From NCBI GenBank assembly GCA_965279305.1, contig OZ257143.1, positions 1,620,001 through 1,652,000 of the forward strand: a stretch of 32,000 nucleotides of DNA. The letters run 5' to 3'. Both the position numbers and the translations under genes were made by a program. Within the stretch, counting starts at the first letter, position 1, and each line of letters starts with the position of its first letter. This DNA is from Gammaproteobacteria bacterium. GTDB taxonomy: Bacteria; Pseudomonadota; Gammaproteobacteria; JBIOEC01. Of this stretch, positions 1 to 8,394 are shown piece by piece. The notes beneath the pieces were generated by a model that was given only the letters and a program-made list of their open reading frames with translations, was not told the DNA's origin and searched no databases.

Positions 1-1
1 T

Positions 2-1186
2 ATGCTGCCCGTTTCACTACTGGATCCTAAACCGGGTGAACGTATTTTAGATTTATGTGCAGCGCCTGGTAGTAAAACCATGCAAATAGCATTGGCTATG
101 AAAAACCAAGGCACGTTGGTAGCCAATGATAAAAGCTATAATCGCAGTAAAGCGTTACGTTTTCATTTAGAGCGCTTAGGCATTACTAACGTGAGCACGA
201 CTACGTATGATGGAGTGAGTTATCCTAAAGGTGCGGGATTATTCGATAAAGTATTAGTCGATGCCCCTTGCTCAGGCGAAGGAACTAATAGAAAAAGTGG
301 TAGAAAAGCTAGCGGTAAAATAACCAAGAAAAACAGTAGTGCGTATGTACTATGGAAAACCATACCCAACGCTCATAATGTTCAGCACATGCAAAAACAA
401 TTATTGTCTCGCGCCATCAATTTATGTAAACCGGGCGGATTAATTGTTTATTCCACTTGCACGTATGCACCTGAGGAAAATGAAAATGTAGTCAATACTA
501 TTTTAGAAAAGCATTCTGACGTAGAGTTATTGCCCATTCACTTTTCGGGTTTTAAAACTACCCCTGGCATTACCGAGTGGAATGGTGAGTGTTTTCAAAA
601 AGATCTAACAAAAACAGCAAGAGTGTGGCCGCATTATCAAAATACCGGTGGTTTTTATTTGGCCTTATTGCAAAAGAAACCAGCACCGTTTGAGATGGTT
701 TTAAATCATGAGTCTTTTGAAGATTCTGCTGCTTTAGAAGAATTTTTAAAATACACAGAACCTTTTAATTTCTCCAAAGAAATTTTGGAAAACACACATT
801 TTTTTAGAGTATCTAAGCTAGGCATTTATGCGATTAATGCTGATCATCAACCTATCACCTCTCCTAAACCCGATGCCAGTGGATTATTTGTATTAAAAAC
901 CCATATGCAATATCCCAAACTAACAACTGCAGGCGCACGTTTATGGGGACATTTAGCCCAACAGCAAGTGGTGGAATTAAATGAAACTCAAATAGAAGCC
1001 TATTTAAATCGGGAAGAAATAGTGATATCTCGTGATCAAAAAGAAGCATGCCCTTACACGGGTTATGTGATTGTCAGATATCAAAACAGTGGTTTAGGAA
1101 TGGGATTATTATTGCATGCAGATAAAGAAGACAGAGGAAATACGGCGGATAAATGGCTATTAAAAAGCTTATATCCTAAAACTTAG
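2..1186 (+). CDS. NOL1/NOP2/Sun-family SAM-dependent rRNA cytosine-C5 methyltransferase (RsmF/YebU-like); 5' end cut by window edge
   Basis: SAM-binding motif 'LDLCAAPGSKT'. Catalytic-Cys motifs 'DAPCSGEG' and 'VYSTCT'. Long C-terminal extension as in RsmF-type enzymes. The ORF runs open from the first base of the window. Confidence 0.8.
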   Translation: MLPVSLLDPKPGERILDLCAAPGSKTMQIALAMKNQGTLVANDKSYNRSKALRFHLERLGITNVSTTTYDGVSYPKGAGLFDKVLVDAPCSGEGTNRKSGRKASGKITKKNSSAYVLWKTIPNAHNVQHMQKQLLSRAINLCKPGGLIVYSTCTYAPEENENVVNTILEKHSDVELLPIHFSGFKTTPGITEWNGECFQKDLTKTARVWPHYQNTGGFYLALLQKKPAPFEMVLNHESFEDSAALEEFLKYTEPFNFSKEILENTHFFRVSKLGIYAINADHQPITSPKPDASGLFVLKTHMQYPKLTTAGARLWGHLAQQQVVELNETQIEAYLNREEIVISRDQKEACPYTGYVIVRYQNSGLGMGLLLHADKEDRGNTADKWLLKSLYPKT

Positions 1187-1203
1187 CCCTATTTATGCTA
1201 GAT

Positions 1204-2523
1204 CTACTTATCTAGGCGGCCCCACAAGTCATAAGCATCTGCTTCTTCAATTTTTACATTAACTAAATCGCCAGGACTTAGTGAAAATTCTCTTGGTAAT
1301 ATCACATTACCATCGATATCAGGAGCATCACCTCGCGTACGACCTATTGCTGCTTCTTCTGTGACCGTATCAATTAAAACTTGTTGAACCGTTCCAATTT
1401 TTTTATGTAAACGCTGTTCACTAATATGAGCTTGCAACTCCATAAATTGAGCATATCGTTCTTGTTTTACTTCTTCAGGAATAGCATCGGGTAAATCATT
1501 TGCTTTAGCACCTGGCACAGGAGAATAGGTGAAACACCCTACTCTATCTAATTGGGCTTCTTCAATAAAATCTAATAGTTCTTCAAATTCATCATCCGTT
1601 TCGCCGGGAAAACCTACAATAAAAGTGCTGCGCAAAGTAATATCAGGGCAAATTTCGCGCCATTTTTTAATACGCTCTAAGCTATTTTCTGCATTGGCTG
1701 GGCGTTTCATAAGTTTTAAAATACGTTTGCTAGCATGCTGCAAAGGCATATCTAAATAAGGTAATATTTTTCCTTCAGCCATTAGCGGGATCACTTTATC
1801 TACATGAGGATAAGGATACACATAATGCAATCGAGTCCAAATACCTAACTCGCCTAAAGCCTTGCATAAATCATATAAACGGGTTTCGTATTCTTGTTTG
1901 CGCCATTGATCGGCTTGATATTTTATATCCACACCATATGCGCTCGTATCTTGCGCAATAATCAGCAACTCTTTAACGCCTGATAATACTAAACGATCAG
2001 CCTCGCGCATGACTTCACCGATAGGACGACTGACCAAATCACCACGCATAGAAGGAATAATACAAAACGTACAACGGTGATTACAGCCTTCCGAAATTTT
2101 TAAATAAGCATAATGCTTAGGGGTTAGCTTAATCCCTTGAGGAGGCACTAAACTGGTAAAAGGATCATGTGTTTCAGTGATAGGAAGATGTTGATGAACC
2201 GCCGAAACCACTTCTTCGTATTTTTGAGGGCCTGTTACTTTGAGCACATGAGGAAAGCGCTCTCTAATGTCGGCTTCTTTAACGCCTAAGCAACCCGTTA
2301 CAATCACTTTGCCATTTTCAGCCATGGCCTCGCCTATAGCGTCCATAGACTCTTCTACGGCGCTGGTAATAAAACCACAGGTATTCACGATAACCAGATC
2401 GGCTTGATCGTAGCTTGGCACCACAGAATAGCCTTCTGTACGCAATTGCGTAAGAATACGCTCGGAATCCACCAAGGCTTTAGGGCAACCTAAACTCACA
2501 AACCCAATACGAGAAGCTGACAT
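1204..2523 (-). CDS. rimO: Ribosomal protein S12 methylthiotransferase RimO (radical SAM)
   Basis: N-terminal UPF0004 domain '[18 protein letters not shown]'. Radical-SAM cluster motif '[11 protein letters not shown]'. C-terminal TRAM-like region. Length of 439 aa is typical for RimO. Confidence 0.92.
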   Translation of the reverse strand: MSASRIGFVSLGCPKALVDSERILTQLRTEGYSVVPSYDQADLVIVNTCGFITSAVEESMDAIGEAMAENGKVIVTGCLGVKEADIRERFPHVLKVTGPQKYEEVVSAVHQHLPITETHDPFTSLVPPQGIKLTPKHYAYLKISEGCNHRCTFCIIPSMRGDLVSRPIGEVMREADRLVLSGVKELLIIAQDTSAYGVDIKYQADQWRKQEYETRLYDLCKALGELGIWTRLHYVYPYPHVDKVIPLMAEGKILPYLDMPLQHASKRILKLMKRPANAENSLERIKKWREICPDITLRSTFIVGFPGETDDEFEELLDFIEEAQLDRVGCFTYSPVPGAKANDLPDAIPEEVKQERYAQFMELQAHISEQRLHKKIGTVQQVLIDTVTEEAAIGRTRGDAPDIDGNVILPREFSLSPGDLVNVKIEEADAYDLWGRLDK

Positions 2524-2587
2524 CTTATGATCCTGCTTATTAAATTAAGAGCATATTATATCAAAAATAGGGGTTTCTTGACCAGGT

Positions 2588-3490
2588 TTAAATACTAAGC
2601 TGTGGAGAGGCACCTAATTCGAGTTTGGCGCGCCGGTAAAAGGGTAATGGCATATTCACTTTGCCATGTCCAAATGCAGTGGTATGTAGAACAGGAAACG
2701 TGCATGATCCCGCAAAACGCTTCAAGGTTCGTATGACGGCTTTTTGCTCTTCATTATCATGGTAAATAAAATCGCCTAATATTAACGCTTTTACTCCTTT
2801 AAATACGCCTACTCGATTAAAATAATTTAAATAACGAGAAATTTTATGAGGGCGTTCATCCACATCTTCTAAAATTAATATTTTATTTTTAGCATCAACC
2901 TGCCAAATATCTTTTATGCTAATGGCTAATAAACTCATATTACCACCACATAATAGCGCTGTTACTGATTTTTTCTTTTGAGCCGCATCGTTTAGTGCGA
3001 CTAGCTGGGTAATTTGAATAGGCGCTTTGCGATCATAAACCAAAGACATCACTGCATCTCGTGAAGGTTTATCAATCTGATTTTTAACCAATTGCATAAT
3101 GCCAGGCCCATGAACTGTTGGCCAAGAAAAACGTTGATTCATAAAATTAATAAAAGCAGTAAAATCACTAAAACCCATTAATAATTTAGGTTTAGCTTTT
3201 TTTATTTTCGCGGCATTGGCTTTTAGATAAGGCAAAATATCAGCAGTGCCCTCGCCTCCTCTAAACGACCATAACACATCGTAAGAATCATCGAGCATGA
3301 ACTTTAATAAAATATCAGCCCGTTCTTTTGCAGATAACCATTCTTGATTGCGCGGATGAAAATCCGCTTTTAAACTATAATGGCCTGCTAACCATTCTTT
3401 AGCAGATTGAGGATCAGAATCTTGTTTGCAAGGTGAACCCGTGCGAACTAAAGCAATATGAAGTTTCGTCTTAGCACTAGAGTGGTTCAT
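2588..3490 (-). CDS. ldcA: LD-carboxypeptidase (peptidase S66, LdcA/MccF-like), cytoplasmic
   Basis: S66 triad context: Ser in 'LMGFSDFTAF', Glu in 'ILILEDVDERPHKISRYL', His in 'TAFGHG'. No signal peptide. The start codon overlaps the upstream lipoprotein gene by 14 nt. Confidence 0.75.
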   Translation of the reverse strand: MNHSSAKTKLHIALVRTGSPCKQDSDPQSAKEWLAGHYSLKADFHPRNQEWLSAKERADILLKFMLDDSYDVLWSFRGGEGTADILPYLKANAAKIKKAKPKLLMGFSDFTAFINFMNQRFSWPTVHGPGIMQLVKNQIDKPSRDAVMSLVYDRKAPIQITQLVALNDAAQKKKSVTALLCGGNMSLLAISIKDIWQVDAKNKILILEDVDERPHKISRYLNYFNRVGVFKGVKALILGDFIYHDNEEQKAVIRTLKRFAGSCTFPVLHTTAFGHGKVNMPLPFYRRAKLELGASPQLSI

Positions 3491-4097
3491 ATTTTACAGC
3501 TAAGCCCCGCGCCGTATGTATCACCACATCTTTCATGCATTCTTTTACGGCTGCATCAAAGGCTTTAATAATATCACTCATTTCATTTCGCTTAGCCTGA
3601 ATACGATGTGTTGTAGTAAAAGAATAATGCAAATTACTATCAGGCATAGCTAACAATTTACCATTTAAGGTAACTTCTATTAAGGGATTTTCATTATTTG
3701 ACTCATAGTTTGCATCAAGAGCGACTACTTCCAGTATTAGCATATAATCTGCTAACGTCTCAGCTGCACCATAATACACATCATCCGCTACTTTATTATT
3801 TTGCAAAGACTCGGTAGTGACCATACCTATCATATCGCCTACCGGCATTACCCACCGCGATCCAGCATAATAATCTACTTCATTACGTGCGCGTCTTAAG
3901 ATAATGCGCTGGGTATCTAGCCATTCTGAAATGGCAGGTCTCTGAACACCTAAACGAATAGGTGCTGAATCTCTTACCATAATCACTTCTTCAACTGGAT
4001 TCAGCACATAAAATGCATGAACATCTTCATTTGAGGTTAACAACGAAGAGCACCCTGTTATAAAGGCCAACAATATACTTAAAGCTACATATCTCAT
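3477..4097 (-). CDS. ABC-transport auxiliary outer-membrane lipoprotein (DUF330 / PqiC-like)
   Basis: Lipobox 'LLAFITGCSS' after a short hydrophobic leader. About 200 aa. Lies immediately downstream of an MCE gene with an ATGA-type 4-nt overlap, which is the usual position of this family. The family assignment comes from context and size, not from a strong motif. Confidence 0.65.
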   Translation of the reverse strand: MRYVALSILLAFITGCSSLLTSNEDVHAFYVLNPVEEVIMVRDSAPIRLGVQRPAISEWLDTQRIILRRARNEVDYYAGSRWVMPVGDMIGMVTTESLQNNKVADDVYYGAAETLADYMLILEVVALDANYESNNENPLIEVTLNGKLLAMPDSNLHYSFTTTHRIQAKRNEMSDIIKAFDAAVKECMKDVVIHTARGLAVKYEPL

Positions 4098-4879
4098 TCT
4101 TCCACCTTGTATCCATCATAGCGAGGTTGATACAAAATCCTAGAAGGATTTTCCTGCAACGATTTAGATAAGTTTTTGATCTCAATAGCCGCTAAACGAC
4201 TATCTCTTAAGAAGTAGTTTAGCTCATGAAAACTCTCTGTGCTAAATTTTTCAAACTTTTCTAGTGTTTCTTGTGTTTCATCTAAAATTCTATTAATTTC
4301 TTCTTGGTGAGCCGAAATATTCTGACTAAATTTTTCAAAATTATGCAAGGTATTAGATGCAGAGCTAATATTGTCATTATTAAATAAGACTAATAATTGA
4401 TCAGCTACTTTAGTATAAGTCTCAACCAAAACGGGTAATTCTTTAAAAAGTTTTGCAAACCCAGATTCTTGGGCGTAAATCACCACATAATCTTTTCCTG
4501 GCGCAGGTAGAAGAATAGGAGCCGTATCGCTTTGCCCTTCCAATTCTAAATAAGTTAACCCCGTAACCCCTACCACTTGTAAAGTCGCTTTAACATCTTC
4601 TCTCAATACAATGTTAGAATCGATTTGAGCTAATATTTTTACATATTGAGGTAATTCTGGATCCAATAGGATTTTTTCCACACGCCCTACCTGCACGCCT
4701 CGATATTTCACCGCACTCCCTTGATCCATGCCGCTAACCTGCCCTGGAACAAAGATGACGAGTTTTTTATAATCATGGTACTCACCCCCACCCATTATCC
4801 AAGCGGCAAACACTATCGCACCCACACTAAACGCGAGTGTAAATAATCCTACTAAAAAATAATTCGCCCGTGTTTCCAT
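4094..4879 (-). CDS. MCE/MlaD-family periplasmic substrate-binding protein with N-terminal TM anchor and helical C-terminal tail
   Basis: N-terminal TM segment 'YFLVGLFTLAFSVGAIVFAAWIM'. MCE core 'GSAVKYRGVQVGRVEKILLD...VVGVTGLTYLELEG'. The C-terminal ~110 aa is rich in E/K/L/N/Q/S. Confidence 0.82.
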   Translation of the reverse strand: METRANYFLVGLFTLAFSVGAIVFAAWIMGGGEYHDYKKLVIFVPGQVSGMDQGSAVKYRGVQVGRVEKILLDPELPQYVKILAQIDSNIVLREDVKATLQVVGVTGLTYLELEGQSDTAPILLPAPGKDYVVIYAQESGFAKLFKELPVLVETYTKVADQLLVLFNNDNISSASNTLHNFEKFSQNISAHQEEINRILDETQETLEKFEKFSTESFHELNYFLRDSRLAAIEIKNLSKSLQENPSRILYQPRYDGYKVEE

Positions 4880-4917
4880 TATCTTTCCTGTTACATCATT
4901 ATTGATGAGAAATCAAA

Positions 4918-5694
4918 CTATCCATGCTTGCTTACCCCTGCATCAACCAAGCGCTGCGCTCTAGGGCCGTGAAAATAAGCTTGGCACCAAGGATTTTTAT
5001 TTTTCAGTAATCCTTCTAAGGTGTCGATAATAATAGCTTTATCTACAATAACTGCCACTCGGTCACAAACACTAAAAATACTATCTAAATCATGGGTTAC
5101 CAGTATAACAGTAAGACCTAAGCTTTTTTGTAAATCCTTAATTAATTCATCAAAAGCCGCGGCGGCAATAGGATCCAAACCTGAAGTAGGCTCATCCAAA
5201 AATAAAAGCTCAGGATCTAAAGCCAGCGCTCTAGCCAGTGCAGCTCGTTTGGTCATACCTCCTGAAAGTTCAGAAGGATATAAATTAGCAGCATGAGGAG
5301 GCAGACCCACTAAGCTAATTTTAACTTGAGCAATCGCCTTTCTTTGTTCTTCTGTTAAATTAGTATGCTCTCTCAAAGGTAGTTGAATATTTTCAGATAC
5401 CGTTAAACCCGAAAATAAAGCACCGTTTTGAAACAAAACACCAAAATGCTGTTGCAAGGCCAACAATTCTGTTGAATTTAAATTAGCAATATCTTTACCT
5501 AAAATGAGAACTTTTCCTGAAGTAGGTTTCTGTAAACCTAACATGGTTCTCAATAATACTGATTTACCCGTACCTGAACCTCCTACCAAGCCCACTATTT
5601 CATGGGGGTATACTTTTATATTCAATTTTTCGTGAACTCTATTTTCACCAAAACGATTACAAATGTTCTGCAATTCAATAACTGGCTTTTCCAT
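4918..5694 (-). CDS. MlaF-like ABC transporter ATP-binding protein
   Basis: Walker A 'GGSGTGKS', ABC signature 'LSGGMTKR', Walker B 'LLFLDEPTSGLD', H-loop 'VTHD'. Starts 3 nt after the permease gene ends. Confidence 0.9.
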   Translation of the reverse strand: MEKPVIELQNICNRFGENRVHEKLNIKVYPHEIVGLVGGSGTGKSVLLRTMLGLQKPTSGKVLILGKDIANLNSTELLALQQHFGVLFQNGALFSGLTVSENIQLPLREHTNLTEEQRKAIAQVKISLVGLPPHAANLYPSELSGGMTKRAALARALALDPELLFLDEPTSGLDPIAAAAFDELIKDLQKSLGLTVILVTHDLDSIFSVCDRVAVIVDKAIIIDTLEGLLKNKNPWCQAYFHGPRAQRLVDAGVSKHG

Positions 5695-5697
5695 ACA

Positions 5698-6837
5698 TTA
5701 CACGTTCATTTGGGTGAATAAAATTGAAAACAACGCATCGGCTAGCATGACCAAAAAAATAGATTCCACTACCGCCTTAGTCGTCATTTTTCCTACGCTT
5801 TCTGCTGAACTCGTTACTTGCATGCCTCTCAAACAGCCCACTAAAGCAATAATCATTGCAAAAAACGGTGCTTTAATAATTCCTACTAAATAGGTAGACA
5901 CTTTAATAGCTTCATTTAAGTGTCCTGTAAACTGAGACCAAGAAATTCCCATCGTCATAGACATTAAAAAGGCGGCGCCTAACAATCCCATCATATCGGC
6001 AAAAAAAGTAAGCAAAGGCAATGTGATAATGAGCGCTATCATTCGCGGTACCACTAAAACAGAAAAAGGAGACATGCCTAAGGTGCGCAAAGCATCCACT
6101 TCTTCATTCACCTTCATCACGCCAATTTCCGCAGCAAAAGCAGATCCAGAACGGCCTGCCACCATAATCGATGTAATAAGCACGCCCATTTCTCTCAATA
6201 CAGAAATAGCCGTTAAATCAATGGTATAAATTTCTGCACCATATTGTTGTAATTGGTGAGCACCTTGATATGCAATAACAATACTGATCATAAAAGACAT
6301 CATAGCGATAATAGGAATAGCATTAATGCCAGTCTCTTCAATATGTCTAAATAAATCAGGCAATCTCCATTCTTTAGGGCGAAAAATACCGGCAAAAAAA
6401 GTAATAACCGTTTGCCCCATAAAAAGAGTGAGAGCGGACAATTGATTTGCCATTCCAACGACAGCTTTGCCCGAGTTAATCACCAAACCCGCAATAGAGC
6501 TGGTTTTAGCTGGTACAGCGGGTGATTTAGATTTTGAAGCTTCTTGAACACGTTTAAAAATAAGTTCATGTGCAGGGGGAAGCTTTTCTAGACTGACATC
6601 AAATTTTCTTTTTTGTAATTGCTCGAACCAATCTAACAACATCCAAGCACCAGCAGTATCCAGATGCGAAATACCTTTAGGATCTAGATGAATAGTTTGA
6701 GTTTTATTCAGCTGTGATAAAAGTGACTTGAAAGATTGAGTTAACTCACCAGAATTACGAATAGACCAAACTCCGCTTAAAGAAATGGTAATCGTTTTGC
6801 CTTGAGTATTGATTGTATAAAAACGCTTGTCTTCCAT
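5698..6837 (-). CDS. MlaE-family ABC permease with fused N-terminal STAS-like domain
   Basis: The C-terminal ~260 aa is polytopic, with MlaE-like segments ('GINAIPIIAMMSFMISIVIAYQGAHQL', 'VGKMTTKAVVESIFLVMLADALFSI'). The N-terminal ~105 aa is soluble and resembles an anti-sigma-antagonist/STAS domain ('ITISLSGVWSIRNSGEL...LDTAGAWMLLDW'). Confidence 0.85.
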   Translation of the reverse strand: MEDKRFYTINTQGKTITISLSGVWSIRNSGELTQSFKSLLSQLNKTQTIHLDPKGISHLDTAGAWMLLDWFEQLQKRKFDVSLEKLPPAHELIFKRVQEASKSKSPAVPAKTSSIAGLVINSGKAVVGMANQLSALTLFMGQTVITFFAGIFRPKEWRLPDLFRHIEETGINAIPIIAMMSFMISIVIAYQGAHQLQQYGAEIYTIDLTAISVLREMGVLITSIMVAGRSGSAFAAEIGVMKVNEEVDALRTLGMSPFSVLVVPRMIALIITLPLLTFFADMMGLLGAAFLMSMTMGISWSQFTGHLNEAIKVSTYLVGIIKAPFFAMIIALVGCLRGMQVTSSAESVGKMTTKAVVESIFLVMLADALFSILFTQMNV

Positions 6838-6890
6838 GACTTCTCCAATGAACTACTAGAAGCATTCTGCTCTAAATAAGAAACAACCGC

Positions 6891-6928
6891 AATCCTCTCC
6901 TCCCGGTCGCAATGAGAAGAGAGGGATT
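6891..6928. other. Imperfect polypyrimidine/polypurine hairpin (AATCCTCTCCTCCC ... GAGAAGAGAGGGATT) in the leader of the MCE operon
   Basis: Inverted repeat read directly from the sequence, with bulges and a ~9-nt loop. Shares the CCTCTCC/GGAGAGG core with the hairpin at 13890-13912. Confidence 0.35.
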
Positions 6929-6940
6929 TCGGTTAGCGAA

Positions 6941-6965
6941 CAAAGAAGCCGCCTTTTCAGGCGGC
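6941..6965 (-). terminator. Rho-independent terminator downstream of the cpxP-like gene
   Basis: On the minus strand: GCCGCC-TGAAAA-GGCGGC stem-loop followed by TTCTTTGTT. It begins about 10 nt after the cpxP-like stop codon. Confidence 0.6.
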
Positions 6966-6975
6966 CATAGAGGAA

Positions 6976-7473
6976 CTACTTCTGCTTGGCTGCCTTACGC
7001 GCCGCTTTTTCTTCCATCATCGTGCGTAGTTGCTGCTGTTGCTCAGGAGTCAGGATCTTAAAAATATCCGAGTTAAGCTTAGCTCGTAATATCAACATTT
7101 GCGAGAGTAAATCGCCTTGATGTTTAGATAAAGCTGAAATTTCTTTTGCATCAAAATTAGATGAATAACTTATTTCTTTAATCTTCATCATATTGGCATG
7201 CATTTCTTCATGAAGCTTAGTCGCTTCCGGTGTTGCTTTGTCTATTAATTGATCAGCCTGCACTTGTTGCTCTGCTGTTAAGTTAAGCTTTTTTAACATA
7301 CGCTTCATTTTATTGAAGTCTTTCATTCCGTAGGTTTGTTGATCAGCGCTCACTGTGCTCGCGGGAGCAGTCGCTGGCGCTGCTTGTACCGTAGTGATAG
7401 CTGCACTAAACAACAATCCAGACGCTAATAAAGCCGTGCCTACTAATTTTGCATGCTTTTTATAGTTAGTCAT
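6976..7473 (-). CDS. cpxP: Periplasmic CpxP/Spy-family (LTXXQ) protein
   Basis: Signal peptide 'LLASGLLFSAAITTVQA/AP'. Two LTXXQ motifs ('LNLTAEQQVQ', 'LTPEQQQQL'). Divergent from cpxRA, as in E. coli. AGGAG Shine-Dalgarno sequence upstream. Confidence 0.68.
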   Translation of the reverse strand: MTNYKKHAKLVGTALLASGLLFSAAITTVQAAPATAPASTVSADQQTYGMKDFNKMKRMLKKLNLTAEQQVQADQLIDKATPEATKLHEEMHANMMKIKEISYSSNFDAKEISALSKHQGDLLSQMLILRAKLNSDIFKILTPEQQQQLRTMMEEKAARKAAKQK

Positions 7474-7544
7474 AATACTCTCTCCTTAATAGTTTAAATA
7501 AGGTTCAGTGTATCGCGGCAAGTGCAAACATTTGTTCTTGAAAT

Positions 7545-7559
7545 GCAAAGAATTGTAAA
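7545..7559. promoter_or_regulatory. Candidate CpxR box (GCAAA-N5-GTAAA)
   Basis: 'GCAAAGAATTGTAAA' matches the established CpxR tandem-repeat consensus GTAAA-N5-GTAAA at 9 of 10 positions. It lies in the cpxP/cpxR divergent intergenic region, roughly 50 nt upstream of a weak minus-strand -10 candidate (TACACT, 7507-7512). Confidence 0.45.
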
Positions 7560-7663
7560 TCTTTAAAAACTGCCTTGTTAAGGGGCTAATCATTCAGCAT
7601 AATAAACTTGGAAACTTAACTATCTAAAGTTAAGCTCAACAATGTTAGCGGTTATTTTTAGAG

Positions 7664-7669
7664 TATAAT
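7664..7669 (+). promoter_or_regulatory. Candidate -10 hexamer (TATAAT) for cpxRA
   Basis: Perfect TATAAT 27 nt upstream of the cpxR ATG. No good -35 hexamer at 16-18 nt spacing. Confidence 0.35.
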
Positions 7670-7695
7670 CTATAAAACGGAAACTGGGGACGAAT

Positions 7696-8385
7696 ATGCC
7701 ACATATTTTACTAGCTGATGATGATGTCGAATTATGTGATCTGCTAGCACAATACTTAAAAGCAGAAGGATTTGAAGTGAGCGCTGTTCATGATGGACAA
7801 CAAGCCATTTCGGCACTGCAATCTTCTTCCTACGATCTTCTTATCCTAGATGTGATGTTACCCCTACTCACTGGCTTCGAAGTTCTACGCCAGCTCAGAG
7901 AGCATTCTAAAGTACCCGTACTCATGCTTACCGCCAGAGGCGAGGACGTAGATAGAATTGTAGGTTTAGAAATGGGTGCTGATGATTATTTGCCCAAGCC
8001 CTGCAATCCTCGTGAGCTTGTGGCTAGAATGAGAGCGATTCTTCGTCGATCACAAAAAAATGTAATTAAAGAAAGCGATATTATTACCGTAGGCGATGTC
8101 AGTATTGATTTGGGCAAACACCAAATAGAACTTGATGGAAAAGAACTGTCAGTTACCAGCACAGAATTTATGATCTTAGCGCTCTTGCTAAGGCATGCGG
8201 GCAGCGTGGTTAATAAAGATTTATTATCTGAAAAAGCCCTAGGCCGCAAACTCACGCCTTTTGATCGCAGCCTAGATATGCACGTGAGTAATTTACGTAA
8301 AAAATTAGGCCCTTATGCTAATAAAAAATCACGCATTAAAACCATACGCGCTGTAGGATACCAATATATTTTGCCTAATGCTTAA
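7696..8385 (+). CDS. cpxR: OmpR-family response regulator CpxR
   Basis: Receiver domain with phospho-acceptor context 'LLILDVMLP'. Strong resemblance to E. coli CpxR blocks ('MLTARGEDVDRIVGLEMGADDYLPKP', 'GRKLTPFDRSLDMHVSNLRKKL'). Followed by the cognate kinase gene. Confidence 0.88.
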   Translation: MPHILLADDDVELCDLLAQYLKAEGFEVSAVHDGQQAISALQSSSYDLLILDVMLPLLTGFEVLRQLREHSKVPVLMLTARGEDVDRIVGLEMGADDYLPKPCNPRELVARMRAILRRSQKNVIKESDIITVGDVSIDLGKHQIELDGKELSVTSTEFMILALLLRHAGSVVNKDLLSEKALGRKLTPFDRSLDMHVSNLRKKLGPYANKKSRIKTIRAVGYQYILPNA

Positions 8386-8394
8386 AGAGAAACC

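Noticed and set aside
284-352. A Lys/Ser-rich ~13-residue extra segment ('NRKSGRKASGKITKKNSS') after the DAPCSGEG motif of the RsmF-like methyltransferase, relative to E. coli RsmF.
   Set aside because: Loop-length variation between motifs IV and VI is common in this family. The frame and downstream catalytic motifs are intact. Nothing suggests an insertion element or a novel domain.
1198-1215. CTAGAT-N6-ATCTAG inverted repeat between the convergent RsmF-like and rimO genes, considered as a bidirectional terminator.
   Set aside because: The stem is only 6 bp and AT-rich, with no U-run on either side, and it overlaps the rimO stop codon. It is too weak to call.
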